Of a stretch of DNA of 64,000 nt, positions 37,361-47,487 are shown piece by piece; position 1 is the stretch's first letter, and every line of letters starts with the position of its first letter. A model generated the notes under the pieces. That model worked only from the letters and a program-made list of their open reading frames with translations. It had not been told where the DNA came from and searched no databases. Source of the DNA: a virus; IMG/VR virus record IMGVR_UViG_3300037423_001065, positions 1 to 64,000 of that record, one strand, 5' to 3'. The translations under genes were made by a program, and so were the position numbers.

Positions 37361-37714
37361 ATGCACGCAGCAAGCCCTACCGACTTTCCCGTCGAAGTGC
37401 CCGGCGTCGGCGCCTTCATGTTCGCCAAGCGAATGATGGCCGACCATCTCAAGATCAACGTCGAGTACTCGCGCCTCACCGAAGGCGTCGAGCCGACGCC
37501 CTGGCTCGACACGATCGCGACGTGCATCGCCGTGATCAAGACCCTGGCCGTCCGCGTCCCCGACGACTGGGACATTGACGCCATGGACCCGCTGGACGAG
37601 GAGACCTACAACAAGCTGCTCAAGGTGCACGGTGCGCTGCGAGCGAAGGAGGACTCCTTTCGAGGCAAACCGAAAGCGCCTGTCGAAGGAGGCGGGCAAG
37701 CGCCGAGCGTCTAG
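37361..37714 (+). CDS. Tail assembly chaperone (G-like)
   Basis: Lies between tube and tape measure; GGAG SD before ATG 37361. Confidence 0.75.
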   Translation: MHAASPTDFPVEVPGVGAFMFAKRMMADHLKINVEYSRLTEGVEPTPWLDTIATCIAVIKTLAVRVPDDWDIDAMDPLDEETYNKLLKVHGALRAKEDSFRGKPKAPVEGGGQAPSV

Positions 37715-37928
37715 CCTGGAGTTCTGGTACCGCGCCAAGTACAACCTCACCGCGACCGACCCGCGGTTCCTGGCGGCCACGATCGAGGAGATGGCCGCCG
37801 ACTACTGGGCGTGGTTCTTCAAGGAGAACCCCAAGGCGACGATCGAGGACGAGGACGAGGACTTTAACCTTGACGAGGTCCTGAAACAGATGGAGGAGAA
37901 CCCGGAGGACTGGGTGACCCTCACGTAG
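37659..37928 (+). CDS. Tail assembly chaperone extension (T-like), reached by a +1 frameshift
   Basis: +1 frame continues FEANRKRL...FWYRAKYNL...DPRFL after TCC-TTT-CGA at 37655-37663. Confidence 0.65.
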   Translation, partial: FEANRKRLSKEAGKRRASSLEFWYRAKYNLTATDPRFLAATIEEMAADYWAWFFKENPKATIEDEDEDFNLDEVLKQMEENPEDWVTLT

Positions 37929-37943
37929 ACGGGACAACATAAT
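37928..37943 (+). promoter_or_regulatory. Variant late promoter motif before the tape measure gene
   Basis: GACGGGACAACATAAT. Confidence 0.5.
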
Positions 37944-37952
37944 CGAGCGACC

Positions 37953-40841
37953 ATGGCCGGTATCAAAATCCCAGTAGAGGCAGCGTTCGACAAGGGCGAT
38001 GCCGACCGTGTCGTAAACGACTTCGCCGAGCAATTCAACAAGCTCGGCGCCGCGATCGCCCAGGCGAACAAGCAGCGCTTCAACCCGATCGACCGCGCGT
38101 CGATCGAGGACTTGAAGCGGCTCCAGGCCGGGTTCGAAAGCCTCAAGCGCGTGTCGGGCGACATGCGCAAGCGCCTCAAGGCCACCGGCCAGGCCGACAA
38201 GCCGTTCTTCGATGTGGACTGGCGCCAGATGTACCCGGACGAGCACTCTCGCAACCGGCAGATGCAGAAGGCGTTCGACTACGTCACCGGTGGCGGCCGC
38301 TTCCAGGCGCCGGCGCCTCCCCCGACCCCCGCGCCTGGCGGCCGGCCCGCGTCGCCCCCTCCTGGCCCGCCCGCGCCTCCTGCGCCCGGTGGTGGTGGCG
38401 GCGGCGGCGGCGGCGGTGGTGGTGGTGGTGGCGGCCAAATGCGCAACATCCTGGGCGCCGGCCTCAACGCCATGGGGCCAGTCGGCCAGGTCGCGAACGC
38501 CGGCCTCTCCGCCGGCATGTCCGCGGGCCTGGGCGCCGGCATCGGTGCCGCCGTCGGCATGGCGGCGATCAAGGTCATCGGCGCGATCGCGAACAAGATC
38601 GCCGCCGCGCAGCAAGAGTTCATCGGCTATGACACCCTCAAGCGCCAGCTCGGCGACGTGGGGGTCAGCTTCGAGACGTTGAAGGAGTCGCTGCGCGAGG
38701 CGTCGCGCGGCCTCGACATGACGTTCGAGGAGGGCCAGAAGCTCGGCTCGCAATTCGCGAAGCTGTCGGGCATGACCGCGGACCAGTACAAGACCCTGGC
38801 CGAGGAGGTCAACACGGCCGGCGGCTTCGGTCGCTCGTTCGGCATGGACCCGGCGCAGAGCACGCAGTTCTTCGCCCAGATGCGGCTTTTCCAGGTCACG
38901 CAGTCCCAGGAGGACAGCCGGCGCCTGGCGCTCGTGATCGGCGAAAGCCTCGCCAAGTCGAAGTCCTTCGCGAAGGCCGACGAGGTGCTGGAGGCGATCG
39001 CCGGATTCACCGCGCAGCAAACCCGCATCGGCATGAACGCGGCGAACGCCGAGGGCTATACGAGCTTCTACACCGGCATGGTGGGCTCGCGCATCCCGGG
39101 CATGGACCCCGCGAGCGCCGCGGCGCTGCTCGGGCGCGCCAACTCGACGTTCGCCAGCGGCGGCGGCGCCGGCGAAGCGGGCCAGAACTTCATCTACCAG
39201 GCGATCGGCGGCCAGCTTGGCCTGGACCCCATCCAGACTGCGCTGCTGCGCGAGCAGGGCCTGTTCGGCACCGGCCGCGGCACCTTCGGCGACAAGTCCA
39301 CCTTCGGCCAGTTCGCCAAGAAAAACGGCCTTGATACGCCTGGCGCCGCGGGCTCCGACGCGACCAACCTCGAGCTGATCATGCAGCAACTGAATCGGGT
39401 CTACAGCCGACCCGACCAGGCGATGCTCAGGGTCAACGCCATGTCGAACCTGTTCGGCGTGAACAACAGCCAGGCCATGGCCCTGTCGATGGTGGAGCCG
39501 GCGCAGCTTGGCGGCATCGGGAAGCGGCTGAAAAAGCTCGGCATCAACCTGAACGACGTAGACGCGACCGGCATTTCTCGCCTCTCGCAAATCGAAGCCG
39601 ACGGCTCGCTATCCGACAAGGAGAAGGACGCCCAGACGCGCGAGGCGGCGAAGCAGCACCAGGAGCAAACCGAGGGCTCGCGCACGCGCGCGACGATCAA
39701 CGGCGTGGAGCGCGCCGTGCAGGACCTGGCCGGCAAGTCGGTACCTCTGCTCAACGACATGCGCGCCGGCATTATGTTCCTGGCCGGCGAGCGCAACGGG
39801 ATGAGCTCGCGCCAAATCAAGGAGCGGGTCGCCGAGCTCGACGCGAACGACCGCATCGGGCAAATCAACAAGGACTTCGAGGCCAAGCTGCCGGCCGCGC
39901 GCACCGACATTGAAAAGGCCGAGGCCGAGTACAACAAGGCGTTCGAGGAGCATCGCACCAAGGGCCCGAAGATGACGCCCGAGGAGCGCGCGGCGTCCGA
40001 GAAGCACCTGGGCGAGCTGCGCGACAAGCGCGATCGCGCGAAGCAGCGCATCCCGCAGATGCGCGCCGAGGCCGACGCGAAGATCGAGGACGAGCGCCGC
40101 GCGCTCAAACAGGAAATCGCCGCCATCCGCACGCCGGTGTCCGACAACCGCGTGAACATGGAGGACTATGACAAGGGCGGCGTCGGCGGCGGCCGCGGCT
40201 CCGTCAACCCGCCTCTGCTCGGCGACACCGAGAAGCGCTCCAGCGACTCCACGACGCCCTACAAGGTCAGCGCCGCGGACCTGGCGGAGTTCGAGAAAAC
40301 CGACAGCATGATCGGCGCGCCGAAGGGCTTCTCGCGCGCGCAAATCGAGCAGGAGAGCGGATTCGACCCGAACGCGGTCAGCAAGAAGGGCGCGATGGGC
40401 TTCGCCCAGGTCATCCCGTCAACGCTGGCGGCGCTCGAGAAGCGCCTGGGCCGCAAGCTGGACCCTTCGAACATGCAGGACGCCATCATCATCCAGCGCG
40501 AGCTGATGGTCGAGAACACCCGGCATTTCGGCGGCGACTGGCGCAAGGGCGCCATGGCGTACAACTCCGGCTGGGACCCTTCGAAGTGGGGTAACGCCGA
40601 GACCGCGACGTACCTGCCGTCGATCGAGGCGCGCATGGGCAAGGCCGGCACGACGACCGACTCCATCACGCCGCTGCCGCGGTCGGCGTCGGAGACCGAG
40701 CAGGCTCGTGCGCGCGACGAGTTCCGCCGCTTCGAAATCAGCGGAACCTTCCAGTTGAACGGCCCGAACGGCATGCCTGCAGCGCCGCCCGTGCAGGCGA
40801 TCGCCACGGCGCGCGGCGCGGCGCGTCCGACGGGGACCTGA
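37953..40841 (+). CDS. Tape measure protein with C-terminal lytic transglycosylase (SLT) domain
   Basis: Ala/Gly-rich helical protein after the chaperones; QESGFDPNAVS.KGAMGFAQ and AYNSG SLT motifs. Confidence 0.85.
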   Translation: MAGIKIPVEAAFDKGDADRVVNDFAEQFNKLGAAIAQANKQRFNPIDRASIEDLKRLQAGFESLKRVSGDMRKRLKATGQADKPFFDVDWRQMYPDEHSRNRQMQKAFDYVTGGGRFQAPAPPPTPAPGGRPASPPPGPPAPPAPGGGGGGGGGGGGGGGGQMRNILGAGLNAMGPVGQVANAGLSAGMSAGLGAGIGAAVGMAAIKVIGAIANKIAAAQQEFIGYDTLKRQLGDVGVSFETLKESLREASRGLDMTFEEGQKLGSQFAKLSGMTADQYKTLAEEVNTAGGFGRSFGMDPAQSTQFFAQMRLFQVTQSQEDSRRLALVIGESLAKSKSFAKADEVLEAIAGFTAQQTRIGMNAANAEGYTSFYTGMVGSRIPGMDPASAAALLGRANSTFASGGGAGEAGQNFIYQAIGGQLGLDPIQTALLREQGLFGTGRGTFGDKSTFGQFAKKNGLDTPGAAGSDATNLELIMQQLNRVYSRPDQAMLRVNAMSNLFGVNNSQAMALSMVEPAQLGGIGKRLKKLGINLNDVDATGISRLSQIEADGSLSDKEKDAQTREAAKQHQEQTEGSRTRATINGVERAVQDLAGKSVPLLNDMRAGIMFLAGERNGMSSRQIKERVAELDANDRIGQINKDFEAKLPAARTDIEKAEAEYNKAFEEHRTKGPKMTPEERAASEKHLGELRDKRDRAKQRIPQMRAEADAKIEDERRALKQEIAAIRTPVSDNRVNMEDYDKGGVGGGRGSVNPPLLGDTEKRSSDSTTPYKVSAADLAEFEKTDSMIGAPKGFSRAQIEQESGFDPNAVSKKGAMGFAQVIPSTLAALEKRLGRKLDPSNMQDAIIIQRELMVENTRHFGGDWRKGAMAYNSGWDPSKWGNAETATYLPSIEARMGKAGTTTDSITPLPRSASETEQARARDEFRRFEISGTFQLNGPNGMPAAPPVQAIATARGAARPTGT
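38388..38435 (+). repeat. (GGY)16 trinucleotide tract encoding poly-Gly in the tape measure protein
   Basis: 16 consecutive GGT/GGC codons after a Pro-rich stretch. Confidence 0.9.
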
Positions 40842-40842
40842 G

Positions 40843-42333
40843 ATGCGCGTCCCCGTCTATCAGCCTGGCATCCAGGTGAAGCTGTTCAAGACCATCAAGC
40901 GCACGCTCCTGGACGATGGCACGACGCCCACCTCGAGCCGCTTCCAGAACATGGGCGACTCGATCGACCTGGTGCCATACCTGGGCGAAGGCGGCAGCGT
41001 GCGCACGACGAAATCCGTGCGCGACGCCGCCGGCGGCTTCTCGATCACGATGACGGACCGGCCGTTTCACGACGGCTCGAACACCCTGGCGGGCTCCAAC
41101 TTCGAGACCATGTACGGCCTCATCGAGCCCATGGACTTCATTGAAATCCGGATGCGCCATGACCCGGTAGCGGCCGGATCGAAGCCGCCGATCGTGATGC
41201 GCGGATTCGTCTCGGACGTGCAGCGCAACGAGGCGATGGGAGCTGACGGGCGCCCCATGCGAACGGTCGTCATCAACGGCCAGGACTACGGCAAGCTGTG
41301 GCAGCAAATGCGCATCATCTACTGGCCCGGCTACGTGCTCGGCCAGGACGTGCTGTCCAACTTCAAGCTGTTCACCCGGTTCGGCGTCGGCTTCAAGACC
41401 GTGCAGAAGGGTACCGACTTCGTGCGCGAGGTCATCTCCAAGGTGTTCAATCCGTACCTGACCGAGCTCATGCCGGCGAGCTCGCCGAACCCCAAGGAAA
41501 TCCTGGTCGACACCGTCGCCGACGTGCCCGGCGTCGCGTCCGTGACCGGGCCGCAGAACCAGGACGGCACGATTTACGAGCTGCTGCGCCAGTACCTGGA
41601 CGTTGGCGTGTGGAACGAGCTGTTCCTCGAGGACCGCGAGGACGGCGTGCACGTCGTCTATCGCACCAACCCGTTCAAGGCGGTCTCCGGCGAGCCGATT
41701 CAGGACGGCTCGACCATCCCGGACCTGATCGACGTTCCGGCATCCGACGTGATCAGCCTGTCGGTCTCGCGCAGCGACGCCAACGTGGCGAACTACTACT
41801 GGGTGCGCGCGCCGCGCTTCGACCTCAATAGCGAGGTGTTCCGCAAACAGTACGCGCTGGGCGCCGACAAGAAAACGCTGATTCTCGACACCTATGACAA
41901 CGCCAAGGACTCGCTGTACGGCGTGCGCCTGATGGACACCGAAACCCAGATGGGCGGCGAGGACGTGACCAGCTTCAACAGCGGCCAGGACAAGGACACG
42001 ATCGCGACGCGCGACGTGAGCATGTCCAACTGGGTGAACGATCGCCGGCGCATCCTGGTGGAGCAGAACCGCGACAACGTCGTGCTCGAGCAGGGCTCCA
42101 TGCGCATCCGCGGCCGCCCCGACATTCGCGCCGGCAGCTACGTGAACCTCAAGCGGGGCACCTTCTCGGCCGAGTACTACGTGCCCCAGGTCTCGCACGA
42201 GTACATGCCGATGCAGGGATTCTTTTCGACCGTCTCCCTCGAGCGCGGCACCGGGTTCGTGGAGCGCGCCAAGCGCGACGGCGGAGCATCGACGCCGTAC
42301 CTGGCCGAGATGGCGAGCGGAGACACTAAATGA
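40843..42333 (+). CDS. Baseplate hub protein
   Basis: Follows the tape measure; GRPDIRAG and YYVPQVSH motifs of hub proteins. Confidence 0.75.
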   Translation: MRVPVYQPGIQVKLFKTIKRTLLDDGTTPTSSRFQNMGDSIDLVPYLGEGGSVRTTKSVRDAAGGFSITMTDRPFHDGSNTLAGSNFETMYGLIEPMDFIEIRMRHDPVAAGSKPPIVMRGFVSDVQRNEAMGADGRPMRTVVINGQDYGKLWQQMRIIYWPGYVLGQDVLSNFKLFTRFGVGFKTVQKGTDFVREVISKVFNPYLTELMPASSPNPKEILVDTVADVPGVASVTGPQNQDGTIYELLRQYLDVGVWNELFLEDREDGVHVVYRTNPFKAVSGEPIQDGSTIPDLIDVPASDVISLSVSRSDANVANYYWVRAPRFDLNSEVFRKQYALGADKKTLILDTYDNAKDSLYGVRLMDTETQMGGEDVTSFNSGQDKDTIATRDVSMSNWVNDRRRILVEQNRDNVVLEQGSMRIRGRPDIRAGSYVNLKRGTFSAEYYVPQVSHEYMPMQGFFSTVSLERGTGFVERAKRDGGASTPYLAEMASGDTK

Positions 42334-43196
42334 GCCTGCGTCTGGGCCGCGTCGCGGCAGTTCACCCCGAAGATCACAGCGTCGACCTGGTCATGACGGA
42401 CGACGGCTCGCGCCTGGCCGGCGTGCAGGTCATGTCCGGCGCGGCGACGACGAACACCGGCAGCAACGACCTGGCGGACATTTCGATTCCATCGAGCGGC
42501 GACCCGTGGGACCTCACGACGCAAACCGACCGCGACGCGATGGCCGTCGTCGGTTTCTTCGGCCGGCACCCGATCGTGCTGGGCTTCCTGTTCCCGCAGG
42601 TGTGCCAGATGACGTTCGATCGCAAGAACTTCTCCGTCCACCGTCACCCGTCCGACGTGTACGTGGCGATCGACAACGACGGCAACACCGAGGTCTACCA
42701 CCCCAGCGGCACCTTCCTGCGCATCGGCGCGTCGCCGGCGCACGAGGACCTGACCGGCAAGGACGTGGACGGCGAGTGGAAGATCGCCAAGAACACCGAC
42801 TCGGCACCCTATGTGCACCTGGTCACGGCCGCCGCCGGCGCCGTCAAGGCGGACCTCCAGATTGACCCTGCCGGCAACATCAGCCTGGACCACGTCGGCA
42901 ACCTCACGTCGCACACCGCCGGCAACGCCGCCGTGACCGTCGACGGGACCACGACCGTGACCTCCGGCGGCAATGCGCACGTCACGGCGCCCCAGCTCCT
43001 GGTCACGTGTCCGGATACCACGTTCACAGGGCACGTCGCCATCCAGGGCGGCCTGGCCGTCTCCGGCGGCGAAGGCGCGGCCGTCTCCGGCAACCTGGCG
43101 GCGACCGGCGGCAGCTTCACGCACAACAGCGTGAACGTCGGCTCGACGCACCATCACTCTGACCCGCAAGGCGGAAACACCGGCGGCCCGTCGTGA
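42330..43196 (+). CDS. Baseplate central spike (gpV/gp45-like)
   Basis: OB-fold N-terminus, HPSGT motif, beta-helix repeats and C-terminal THHH metal-binding tip. Confidence 0.85.
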   Translation: MSLRLGRVAAVHPEDHSVDLVMTDDGSRLAGVQVMSGAATTNTGSNDLADISIPSSGDPWDLTTQTDRDAMAVVGFFGRHPIVLGFLFPQVCQMTFDRKNFSVHRHPSDVYVAIDNDGNTEVYHPSGTFLRIGASPAHEDLTGKDVDGEWKIAKNTDSAPYVHLVTAAAGAVKADLQIDPAGNISLDHVGNLTSHTAGNAAVTVDGTTTVTSGGNAHVTAPQLLVTCPDTTFTGHVAIQGGLAVSGGEGAAVSGNLAATGGSFTHNSVNVGSTHHHSDPQGGNTGGPS

Positions 43197-43205
43197 CCTT
43201 ACGCT
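43190..43205 (+). promoter_or_regulatory. Putative late promoter motif (leaderless start)
   Basis: GTCGTGACCTTACGCT, overlapping the spike stop, 6 nt before ATG 43212. Confidence 0.65.
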
Positions 43206-43211
43206 GAGGGC

Positions 43212-44534
43212 ATGCCCTTCTTTCCGCCGTCCGGCGGCATCGAGCTGCCCACGTCGCTGCCGTCGCTGCCCAGCCTATCCGGCCTCACGAGCTCGCTCGC
43301 GTCGGCCGTCGGCTCGCTGACGGGCGCGCTGCCTGGCGCGCTGTCGGGAGCGTCGGGCACCCAGGCCGCCAGCTCGGCGCCTGACAGCCAGAAGGCCGGC
43401 GAGCGGCCCATTTCCTTCCTGCTGGACGACCAGTCGCTGGGCGTCGCCGAGCCGACGCCGTTCCTGGACTTGGTCATCCGGCCGGAGGAGCTGACGCGCA
43501 CCGACCCGTCGCGCATCAATGTGCAGCAAACCCTGGGCGGCGCCTGGGCGGACAGCTTCGGCGCGGGCCTGCCGCAAATCACCATCAGCGGGCATACCGG
43601 CTGGCGCCGGCGCCCGTCGAGCGACCAGGACGGCGTCGACCGGTTCCTCGAGCTCAAGGACCAGGTCTTCGACCAGTGGCACCAGCGCCGCGACGCCGCA
43701 ACGCTGCGCGGCACGGACCCGAACAACGTGCGCCTGGTGTTCTCCGATGCCCTGGACGACTTCACCGTCGTCGTGGCGCCCATGAGCTTCGTCCTGCGCC
43801 GCTCGAAGTCGCGCCCGCTTCTGTGCCAGTACCAAATCGTCATGGTCGTGATCGACGGCGACCCCGGCATCGAGCGCGAGGACGACGCGGTCATGGACTC
43901 CGCGGCCGACCCCGCCATGCTCCAGGGCCTGGGCCTCACGAGCCTGACGGCATCGGTCGCCTCGATCACGGCGCAAATCGGCAACGTGCAGAAGATGGTC
44001 AACGGCTCACTGGTCGCTCCGGTGCAGGCGTTCATGGGCCAGACCGCGCAGCTTTACGGCCAGGTGCGCGCCGCGATCACGGCCGGGAGCCAGCTCGCCG
44101 GATCGTTGATCAGCGTCGCCCAGATGACCGCCCAGGCTGGCGTCAACATCTTTCGCAGCATCGCCGCGGTGGCGAGCATCCCGCAGATTGCGAAGGCGCA
44201 GCTCATGTCCGTGGCGAGCGCCTACTCCAACATCTCGTGCGTGCTGAATAACGCGCTGCACCAGCAAATCTACTTCCAGGACTATTCCGCCGTGTACGGG
44301 GCGAGCAACTGCTCGAGCACGTCGGGCGGCCGCCCCATCAGCTCGCTCGCCGGCGTGAACCCGTTCTACAGCGCGGTTCCGACGCCGATCGCGTTGCCGA
44401 TCAACCTCACCCAGGACGCGCAGACCGCGTTCCGCACCTTCGCCAGCGCCGACAACGTCCTGGCGCCCATCTCGCCCGCCGCCTTGACCTCGGGCCTGTC
44501 CTCCATCGCCAGCGGCTTCTCGATCAGCGTATGA
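43212..44534 (+). CDS. Baseplate/tail tube initiator-like protein
   Basis: RPEEL, QQTLGG and ITISGHTG tube-like domain; baseplate context. Confidence 0.6.
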   Translation: MPFFPPSGGIELPTSLPSLPSLSGLTSSLASAVGSLTGALPGALSGASGTQAASSAPDSQKAGERPISFLLDDQSLGVAEPTPFLDLVIRPEELTRTDPSRINVQQTLGGAWADSFGAGLPQITISGHTGWRRRPSSDQDGVDRFLELKDQVFDQWHQRRDAATLRGTDPNNVRLVFSDALDDFTVVVAPMSFVLRRSKSRPLLCQYQIVMVVIDGDPGIEREDDAVMDSAADPAMLQGLGLTSLTASVASITAQIGNVQKMVNGSLVAPVQAFMGQTAQLYGQVRAAITAGSQLAGSLISVAQMTAQAGVNIFRSIAAVASIPQIAKAQLMSVASAYSNISCVLNNALHQQIYFQDYSAVYGASNCSSTSGGRPISSLAGVNPFYSAVPTPIALPINLTQDAQTAFRTFASADNVLAPISPAALTSGLSSIASGFSISV

Positions 44535-45148
44535 GCCAATTCGACCGCCCGATGATCGGCTTCCGGTTCGTGACCACGGACGTGGGGGACACGCTGCAGG
44601 AAATCGCCGCGCGCGAGCTCGGCGACGCGTCGCGCTGGACCGAAATCGTCGCGTACAACAACCTGGTGCCGCCGTTCATCACGGACGACGCCGACGAGGC
44701 CGGACCTGGCGTCATCCTGACCGGCTCGCGGATTCGCTTGCCGGCGCCGTCGACGCAGGTGTCCGCGCGCCTTTCCGCCGACCAGGCGTTCGGCACCGAC
44801 ATGCGCCTCGATCGCGGCGCGCTCGCCGTGACGGACGCCGGCGACTTCGACGTGGTGTCCGGCTCCGCCAATCTCGTACAGGCGCTGAGCAACCGAGTCG
44901 TCACCGAGCGCGGCGAGCTCGTTTTCCATCCGCGCTACGGCTGCGAGACGCGTCGCCTGGTCGGCCTGGCGAACGGCCCCACCAAGCGGCTCCTGGCCGC
45001 GCAGTCCGCGAAGGCGGCCGTGCGCCAGGACCCGCGGGTGACGCGCGTCACCAAGGCGATCGGCAGCGTCAACGGCGATGTGATTGCCGTCGGCGTCGTG
45101 GCGGAGACCGTGCTCGGCTCCGGGGTTCAAGTCGTGGCGAAACCGTAA
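44531..45148 (+). CDS. LysM + gp25-like baseplate wedge/sheath initiator
   Basis: GDTLQEIAARELGD (LysM); GELVFHPRYG and DPRV (gp25-like). Confidence 0.8.
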   Translation: MSQFDRPMIGFRFVTTDVGDTLQEIAARELGDASRWTEIVAYNNLVPPFITDDADEAGPGVILTGSRIRLPAPSTQVSARLSADQAFGTDMRLDRGALAVTDAGDFDVVSGSANLVQALSNRVVTERGELVFHPRYGCETRRLVGLANGPTKRLLAAQSAKAAVRQDPRVTRVTKAIGSVNGDVIAVGVVAETVLGSGVQVVAKP

Positions 45149-45157
45149 GGGCCCAGC

Positions 45158-46339
45158 ATGGCATTCCAAATCAAGGACTTCACGTCGATCGCCGCATCCA
45201 TGGTCAACTGGATGCGCACGGTCACGACCAGAATCACCGACTTCAACATCGGCAGCGTGGCGCGCACCCTGGTCGAGGCCGCGGCCGCGGAGATTGACGA
45301 GCTCTACCAGCAAATGTTCATCGGGCTGCGCGAGGCCATCCCGGTGAGCGTCTACAACTCGTTCAACTTCCAGGCGCTCGATGCCCTGTCGGCGAGCGGC
45401 CTGGTGACGGTCAACATCGCCGCCCAGGCCAGTGACGTGCTGATCGTGGCCGGAACCCAGTTCAAGGTCGAGGGCAAGTCGGCGCCGTACACGTCCACCG
45501 CGGACGTGACGATCGTCGCCGGGCACACCTTCGGCAACGTGCCGGTGAGCTGCGACGTGCCTGGCGTCGCCGGCAACGTCGTGGCCGGTACCGCGTTCGT
45601 GCCGAACCCGAAACCGGACGGCTTCGTAGGCGCCAGCAACCAGGCCGGGCTCGTCAGCGGCCGCGACGCCGAGACCGACGAGGAGCGCAAGATTCGCTTC
45701 GCCGCCTTCATCGCCTCGCTGAACCGCGGAACCCTGGTGGCGATCGACTACGGCCTCAAGACGACCACGATCAAGGACTCCGTCGGCAACGAGGTGGAGC
45801 GCGTCGTCTACACGCAACTCGTGGAGCCCTACCTCACCGACGCGACGAAACCGATCGCCTGGGTGCAGTGCTACGTGCACAACGGCACCGGCGGCACCTC
45901 CGATGCGCTGGTGGCGCAGGGCAGCGCGGTGCTGCACGGCTACTACGATGCCGCCGGCAACGCCGTGCCGGGCTGGAAGGCCGCGGGCGTCAAGGTGGAC
46001 GTGATCAAGGCCGCGGAGCAGCGCGTGACCGTCGCCGGCGCCATCACGCCGGCGCCAGGCTTCGCGCACGACGCCCTGGCGACGACGGCGGCGGCCGCGG
46101 TCTCGGACTACCTGGCCGGCCTGAACATCGGCGTGCCGGCGATCCGCTCGGAAATCATCGCCCTGGTCATGGGCATCCCGGGCGTTTACAACTTCGCCCC
46201 GCTCCTGCCGGCCGGCGACGTGACGCCGGCGATCGGCACCAAGCTGATGCCCGGCACCGTCGGATTCAACACCCTGGTGCTCACGCCGCCGGCGGCCGCC
46301 GTGACCCTGGGCGGCAACCTCGCGACGCGCACGCCCTAA
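45158..46339 (+). CDS. Baseplate J/gp47-like wedge protein
   Basis: TDFNIGSVARTL, PGVAGNV and GRDAETDEE motifs. Confidence 0.88.
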   Translation: MAFQIKDFTSIAASMVNWMRTVTTRITDFNIGSVARTLVEAAAAEIDELYQQMFIGLREAIPVSVYNSFNFQALDALSASGLVTVNIAAQASDVLIVAGTQFKVEGKSAPYTSTADVTIVAGHTFGNVPVSCDVPGVAGNVVAGTAFVPNPKPDGFVGASNQAGLVSGRDAETDEERKIRFAAFIASLNRGTLVAIDYGLKTTTIKDSVGNEVERVVYTQLVEPYLTDATKPIAWVQCYVHNGTGGTSDALVAQGSAVLHGYYDAAGNAVPGWKAAGVKVDVIKAAEQRVTVAGAITPAPGFAHDALATTAAAAVSDYLAGLNIGVPAIRSEIIALVMGIPGVYNFAPLLPAGDVTPAIGTKLMPGTVGFNTLVLTPPAAAVTLGGNLATRTP

Positions 46340-46342
46340 GCC

Positions 46343-47446
46343 ATGCGCCTGACCCAGAAGCTCCTCAACTACCTGAACCGGGTATTCGACAAGGACCCGG
46401 TGCAGTTCCTGGCGCTGCGCCTGTCTTATGACGGCGCCATGAGCTGGCGCGTGAACGACGCCGTCCTCACGACGACCGTGACGGGTGGCAGCGGCCAGGC
46501 GCTGCAGGTGGACCTATCCGGGTACAGCGTCTCGGACCTGGCGACGTTCCTCGCCGCGCAACCTGGCTACTCGGTGCCGTACGTGGACTCCAGCGAGCTC
46601 TCGCGCCTGTCCGCGCGCGTGCTCCTGGATGGCGGCGCCGACATTGGCACGTCCAACGGCGACCACCTGTACGGTTACACCAGCGTGCTCTGGTCGTACC
46701 TCGAGGCGGTCGCGAACGAGCTCACTATCGCGAAGCAGCAAATCGCCCAGGCGCTGCGCCAAATGAGCACGCGCACCGCCGAGGGCGCATGGCTGGACGA
46801 GCTGGGCAGCTATTACGGCGTTCCGCGCCTGGACGGCGAACTGGACGCCAGCTACGGCCCGCGCATCATCGCCGAGGTGCTGCGGCCGCGCGAGAACAAT
46901 GTCGCCATCGAGGAGGCGATCCGGGTGTTCACCGGCCAGGACACCACGGTTACCGACGTGACGGCCTTCGCCGGGTCGTTCCCGTCGCATAACGGGCTCA
47001 TCACTCATAACGGAACGTACAACTACAGCTCGGTGGACGTGCCGGCGTACGGCCTGTTCGATGTGGCCTACGGCTACGATCTGATCAACGGCGGCAGCTT
47101 CGCCGAGTTTCAGCAGGTCATCACGGACCTGATCGGGCGGCTTCGCTCGGCCGGCACGCACCTGCGCGCCCTGAGCCTGGTCGGCAGCAAGATCGGCGAC
47201 GACTTCCAGTTCGCGCCAGCCGACGCCACGTCCATGAGCGTGCACGCCGCCCTGGCGGACGCCGCGGACGCGCCGGTCGAGGCCACGACCATGGCCGTGC
47301 GCCTGGCGCCGCTCGAGGACCTGGGCGTGCAGGGCTGGGACGAGGCCGGCGTCGCGATCGCCTACGCGACGACGTACAACGGGCTGCGCAAGCACGACGG
47401 CGTCGCCCGGTACAACAGCGGCTCCGTGGAGCTCGAGGCGCTATAG
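46343..47446 (+). CDS. Baseplate wedge protein (gpI-like)
   Basis: AEGAWLDELGSYYGVPR..GE.D motif. Confidence 0.75.
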   Translation: MRLTQKLLNYLNRVFDKDPVQFLALRLSYDGAMSWRVNDAVLTTTVTGGSGQALQVDLSGYSVSDLATFLAAQPGYSVPYVDSSELSRLSARVLLDGGADIGTSNGDHLYGYTSVLWSYLEAVANELTIAKQQIAQALRQMSTRTAEGAWLDELGSYYGVPRLDGELDASYGPRIIAEVLRPRENNVAIEEAIRVFTGQDTTVTDVTAFAGSFPSHNGLITHNGTYNYSSVDVPAYGLFDVAYGYDLINGGSFAEFQQVITDLIGRLRSAGTHLRALSLVGSKIGDDFQFAPADATSMSVHAALADAADAPVEATTMAVRLAPLEDLGVQGWDEAGVAIAYATTYNGLRKHDGVARYNSGSVELEAL

Positions 47447-47447
47447 G

Positions 47448-47463
47448 GTCGTGACACCAGAAT
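47448..47463 (+). promoter_or_regulatory. Putative late promoter motif for the fibre genes
   Basis: GTCGTGACACCAGAAT. Confidence 0.65.
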
Positions 47464-47487
47464 GCCCTGGCAGACAGGAGCACCCTG

